From: Hyphochytrium catenoides
Lineage: Eukaryota; Protista; Hyphochytriomycota
Assembly: GCA_900088475.1 (NCBI GenBank)
Contig: FLMG01004655.1
Location: 5,424 to 69,423, forward strand
Length of the DNA stretch: 64,000 nucleotides
Direction of reading: 5' to 3'
Below are positions 58,537 to 64,000 of this stretch, piece by piece (position 1 is the stretch's first letter; every line of letters starts with the position of its first letter). The notes beneath the pieces are model-generated. The model ran no database searches. It saw nothing but the letters and a program-made list of their open reading frames with translations, and was not told the origin of the DNA. Position numbers and translations under genes: made by a program.

Positions 58537-61500
58537 ATGAAAGGAGGAAGAAAAGCTGATGGTCCACCCCCGCAGCGTGATCGCTCACAGCGCGGCAAAG
58601 GCCGCTGTGCAGGTGCAGTCGCTAAGGGGTCAGAAAGAAAACACTTTTCGAATCTTCCCAATAGCCAAGCGGGGGCTCATGCATTCAAGGATGCCCGGAT
58701 CAATCTTGATACTGAGACGAAGAACATGGTCATGAACATTATCCACGAGCTTCAGGCCTTGAATGCTGGTGAAGAAGCAGCCACTGCACGAGGTGAGGAT
58801 CCTATGTTTTCCTTCGTGTCTGTCTCAGGGGGTGATGATGCTTATTGGCTCCTAAAGGTCAAAGGATTGCTGACCAGAAGAACAAAGTGAAACAATCGGA
58901 TAGCAAGAGTTCAGACTATGAAAAAGGAAAGTCTACACCAGTGCCATTTCATTTGGATGAGGAAGCCCGCCAAAGGTAAAGTGACCCATCTCACAACTTC
59001 CAGCCGACTGGGCATTCCTTAGGGTTTCATTACTAGGTACAAGGCTATTAGACATGAAGAGAAAGAACAAGCTCGGAATATGAAGCTTCTCAAGACTTTG
59101 ACGGAGAGTGACCGCAAGAGTGCAAAGACTGCAATTACATCAAGGCCACGCAAAGCCGAAGGAGAGCAGCAAGTTGATAATGAAGTGCCGCTAAAGCAGA
59201 AAGTGAGCTGAACAAGAATGGTTGAACCCTTCCTGGCACTAACGCAACATGAACCGTAATAGGTCCGTCTTACCTTGACTGTAGAAGGTAAGTCGGGGGA
59301 GATGAAGACGATCGTGATGTCTAGGACAGCTAAGCTAGATGATATCCTGAAGGTAGGCTTAGCAGGGCGAGCGTCTACTTCCGCAAAACCTGACATCTTT
59401 GTTTTGGCGCAGACTGCTAAAAGCAAGTTCAACCTTAAGAAAAAACCTCAGTTCATCTATTTGGCAGCCACCAAGGAGAGAATCTCCAGTCTGAGTGCCA
59501 TCCTGGATGATACGGTGCTACTGCTGGCTAATAGTGAGCTTCCATCGCTAGCTCAAGAAGAGAAAGTTGAGGACAGGGAAGACAAGAGTAAGTCTTTAGC
59601 GCCTCGAAAGCTAGGTATGGTTGCACTAAGGTTATTACATCTCTTCAACTTAGTGAAACCTGAAGTCTACCTCACCCCTACCCCGGCCCAAGATGCGGCT
59701 GATCATGAAGGTCGATAAACTTACTAGTGTTGTACAACTGGTTTACCTCTTTTGAAAGGCCCAAAGTTCTCAAGCAGGTTAAGGACCTCTATAATTCCCG
59801 GACGTCAGATGTAGCTCTCGTCAAATTAAATGAGACGGAAGTGGCATTGGAGTCTTCGCGTCTCCTCAACCATCAAAGGGAGATAGAGATTAATGATCCT
59901 GGTGGAAGGTTGAAAAAGCGACGCCAGCTACCCATAGCTGCCTTGAAGCGGGATATCCTTGACCGAGTTCAGGCGAATCAGGTGTCAGCAACATCTGATA
60001 ATGAAAGCTATCCTTTACTCGGAACTCTCACATCCTGCATCGTTCACCCACTTTTGAAGGGCAATCTCCTGCTTCCTATGTTTAGTTTGGTTGAAATCAT
60101 TCTCAAAATGTTGTTATAGCGATTTCTTTGGTAGAGGCTAACATTGTCCTCACCAAAGGTTATTGTTTTATGCGGAAGCACGGGATGTGGAAAAACCACG
60201 CAGGTCCCCCAATTTTTGTTGGAACAGTGGGTCGAGCGCAATGCCGGAGGAAAGTGCAACATTTTGGTTACGCAACCTCGGAGGTAGGAAGCACGTGGCA
60301 CTGCGATTCTCAATATCTTTGCACAGAATATGGTCCTTATGTTCCCGCTAGGATAAGTGCAGTATCTGTGGCAGAAAGAGTAGCCTATGAGCGCTCAGAA
60401 AGGATAGGCAGCACCGTCGGATATCAAATTCGACTGGAAAGCAGAGTTTCTGCCCAGTCAAGGCTGAAGTTCTGTACCATAGGTAGACACAATGGCGATC
60501 ATCAGTAGCTTTGTCTTTATATCAATAGCTGGAAGGACGGTATGAGCTACCGCTTCTTCTAGAGTCACAGCATACCCTAGGGGCTGTTGCTGTTGCACTC
60601 ACAGGACAGGAGATGGGCTTGTGGTCATCCGCGAAATTGCCATTCCGATCGCTGCTAACCTTTCTGCTAATCCAATACTGTAGGGGTGTTACTGAGACAC
60701 TTACAAAATGACCGGAACCTGACCAACCTGACACACCTTATCATCGATGAAGTCCATGAGCGAGAACTACTTTCCGATTTTTTACTAATCATTCTAAAGG
60801 TATGGCGTTTTTAGCTCTCCAGGCATCACTTTTCCCCAATGAGAATTGTTAGCTTAGCCTAGCAGCGGTGTTACATCTGAATCCTTCAGTATCAACATAG
60901 CACACCAGGAAAAGCCTGCCCTGATGTGTATCCTATCCCTCAGAGACTCCTGGTTCATCGTCCAGATCTGAAGCTGATCCTCATGAGTGCTACAATCAAT
61001 GCAGAACTATTTTCAAAGTACTTTGGGGAATGCCCGGTTGTCGAGGTGCCGGGAAGATACTATGACGTAAGAGATGTGTTTCTAGAAGAAATTCTTCGTC
61101 TCTGCCCGCGCTATCGCCTCTCTTTGGAGCAAGAAAGAAGGAGAATGACACTTGGCCCACGTTTGACAAGGTATGACATAATATGTTTGCATACGATAAA
61201 CACTAATGTCGGAGTGAAAGGCGACCAGAGGAGGAAGAAGGAGTCACGGCGCGAGCAGACGAGCGCCGCCATCAGTGGATTAGCAGCTTGGGAAGCAGCT
61301 GTGACAGCAGGGTGAAAGATATACTCTCCCGTATTAACGAGGAGAAAGTGAATTTCCCTCTAATTGAGCACATACTCTACTATATTGATGGAGTCGAGAC
61401 CTCCAGTCAGGTGGCCACTCGCTCCAAGGGTTCTGTGCTGATCTTCTTGCCAGGTTCGAACGTGCTCGACCAGACCAATATGACCTCTGCCTAACCCCTG

Positions 61501-63991
61501 TATCACATACGTCCTTGCGTGTCATGATCACATCGACAGGCATGGCTGAGATTCAGGCTTTGTGTGAGTATCTTCGGCAAACTCAAGGCAGCCGCACACG
61601 ATATCTTATCGTGCCCCTACACAGCTCTGTCGAGATGAGTCAGCAAAAGAAGGCTTTCGATAACCCCCCGCCTGGTGTCAGGAAGGTTGGCACTTATGGA
61701 GTTTGTGGTTATTTGTAACAACTTGTTAACTTGTCTTATGCCGCTTCCAGCTCCGCTGCTGCAATATGGGGCATAGATGTAACCCAGAGCCTTCTTCTTC
61801 TCTGACTTCTTTGCGACTCCAACGTATGACTGACTTATGCTTTTGGGGGTAGGTTGTGATAGCTACCAATATTGCAGAGACGTCTATTACAATCGACGAC
61901 GTCTCCTACGTCATTGACAGCGGTAAGGTGAAGCAGCTACGACATGACAGCAGGACAGCTATGAACCTGCTAGAAGAGATCTGGGTCAGTGCCGCCAGTA
62001 GCCAACAAAGGCGAGGAAGGGCGGGCCGAACTGGCCCAGGCATTTGCTTCAGGCTGTACAGCTCATGGCAGTTCAGGGAGTTCAAGGTGAGGGGTATTGA
62101 GAGTGTCGGAAGGCGTGTTTGGTTGTTTGTTTGGATCTCTGTTCGGAATTGCGCCGTGCGTTTGTGTTCATGTCCAGCCAATCCACTAATACTTCTCTCC
62201 TTGAGAAGTTTTAACTTTTCTTTCTGCCCTTCTTTGGAATCAATAAGTCTCAGATCCTAACTCCTGATCTCTAATAGCCGTATAGCGTGCCGGAGATGCT
62301 TCGTGTATCCCTTGAGAATATTATCCTTCAAATCAAGATGCTTGAGCTCGGCAATGCTCAGCAGCTGCTTGAAGAAGCGCTGGAGCCTCCATCCCGAGGA
62401 GAAATTGACAAGGCAACCAGAGCACTGCAGGCTCTTAATGCATTGACGTCTGATATGGAACTGACGCCGCTCGGTTTCCACTTGGGTCTACTCCCGGTAG
62501 GTGCCGCACTGCTTTGTTTTTGTCCTATCTCCCTTGATCAATTCCCTTATATGGGCCCTCAGATCCAGTTAACTTGCTCACAGAACTATGATGTGGTACC
62601 GGGAACCCTGGCCATCTGCTTTACTCCTACAGCACCTACTGTCCATTTTAATTAGTGGGCTCGCAACTGTTGTCTCATTTCTCCAGGTCGAAGCCAGACT
62701 GGGAAAGATGATGATTCTAGCGTCCATTTTCGGATGTGTGGATCCCATCCTGGTTATAGCCGCTTCGCTCAGTTCCAAGAGTCCATTTCTGGCGCCCATG
62801 GATAAGCTGGTGAGTGCCAATGATAGACGTAATGGAGTTGATATCTTCGAGAAAGGTGCAAGCGGGGATACGAGACTAGTCATAAGGAAAATGAAAGTTT
62901 ACCGGACCTAACGCTCCGCCCGTTCTTCTTGCAGCAGGAAGCAAACGAAGCAAAAATGCGTTTTGCTGTCTCGGGGTCGGACCACTTGACTATGTACAAT
63001 GCCTACAGAAAGTGGAAAGCTATATATGAGAGGGGAGAGAAGGGCGCCAATGACTTCTGCAGAGAGAATTTTCTCTCTCGCAATTCTCTGCTTATGATCC
63101 AAGGAATGAGGAACCAGTTCGAACGTCTGCTGGGCATCATTGGATTTGCCGGCGAGGAGGGCCAGCTGAATCGAAACTCTGAGAACAAATCACTGCTCAC
63201 TTGCATCATAGCAGCTGGACTTTACCCACATGTGGTGAAGAAGGTCTTTCAAGAGAGATCTTTACTCTTCTCGCGGACGGAAAGGGTAGCCATCCATCCT
63301 AGCTCAATCAATGCTAGAGTGCAGAGTAGCAAAAAAGGGCCCCAATGGTTAGTTTATCTGGAGAAGGTAAGACCTGCTGTCAATCACGGGTACCTTCTGA
63401 ACTGAGTGGCGCACCCCGACCTTTTCCTCCGATACCCTCTTTGTGTCAAGGCTTCCAGCTCTAGCCGTCTGCCCTACAGCCTGGTTAGACAGGGCTCTCT
63501 TGTTCCGCCTCTCATATAACTCTTCGTGTAGGTCAAGACTAGTCAAGTCTTCGTGCGGGAATCTACCTTCGTCTCTCCCCTGGCTTTTCTCCTCTTCTGC
63601 GGCGAACTTATTGTAGACCATGGCCAGCAGCGACTAGCCGTTGATGACTTTGTTCAGTTCAAAGCTCCACCTAATGTTGGTACGTGTCCTAGCAGGAAAG
63701 CAAGACCTGTTGCTCTGTCGAGTCTTCAGCGGGTCTGGCTATAGGATTTCATGGCCAACTCTGACGAGCCGTCTAGCTTAGTAATGTGTTTGACCATTCT
63801 GACGAGGCGACATCCTTGCAGGAATCCTATTCAAGCTTTTCAGACACCAGCTGGACGCACTTTTGACCAAGAAGATTCGTAATCCTGTGCAGAACATCAG
63901 CGATGACCCAGCTGCAGCAGTTGTGATTAAAGGCTTGCTTCAGCTGCTGGGTTCAGAAACCCTCACAGAGGAGGAGATTGACGACATCTGA
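58537..63991 (+). CDS. DEAH-box RNA helicase of the DHX36/DHX57/DHX29 group (multi-exon)
   Basis: [27 protein letters not shown]|[75 protein letters not shown]2 ([12 protein letters not shown]), OB-fold (IHPSSIN). Stop TGA 63989-63991. Confidence 0.92.
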
Positions 63992-64000
63992 GGGTTGTGG

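Noticed and set aside
1-64000. Prokaryotic-style systems (CRISPR arrays, operons, defence islands), tRNA/rRNA genes
   Set aside because: The sequence is eukaryotic with spliceosomal introns. No repeat-spacer array, cloverleaf or rRNA-like segment was recognised by eye; a tRNAscan/Infernal run would be needed to exclude small ncRNAs.

Overview
Gene-dense, intron-rich eukaryotic genomic DNA (~50% GC by eye; most GT-AG introns ~50-110 nt with CTAAC/CTGAC-type branch points). The protein repertoire suggests a protist, probably a stramenopile (inference only). Reconstructed by manual splicing, left to right: 3' part of a bromodomain-like + SET1/trithorax-type histone methyltransferase; UXT/prefoldin-alpha; signal-peptide RCC1/BLIP-II repeat protein; GET2/CAML-like ER insertase subunit; ROK-family sugar kinase; small PIP-box + REV1-type BRCT protein; OSCA/TMEM63 channel with an extra N-terminal Ig-like ectodomain; ~17 kb giant HECT E3 ligase (UIM, 3 SPRY, 2 UBA, MIB/HERC2, HECT); a coiled-coil / 4x FAM13-like / 4x PSMD9-type PDZ / ankyrin / WW scaffold; symplekin; a CS(p23/NudC)-domain protein; alpha-SNAP; a Neverland/DAF-36-type Rieske sterol 7-desaturase apparently fused to a multi-pass membrane domain and sitting in a gene-poor island; and a DHX36/DHX57/DHX29-type DEAH helicase. 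No rRNA, tRNA, CRISPR or intact mobile element was recognised. There are two N gaps. The best leads are the Neverland-like fusion, the PDZ/ANK/WW scaffold, the PIP-BRCT mini-protein, the Ig-OSCA channel and the GET2 carrying a WASHC3/CCDC53-like motif. Exon boundaries are hand-inferred and approximate.
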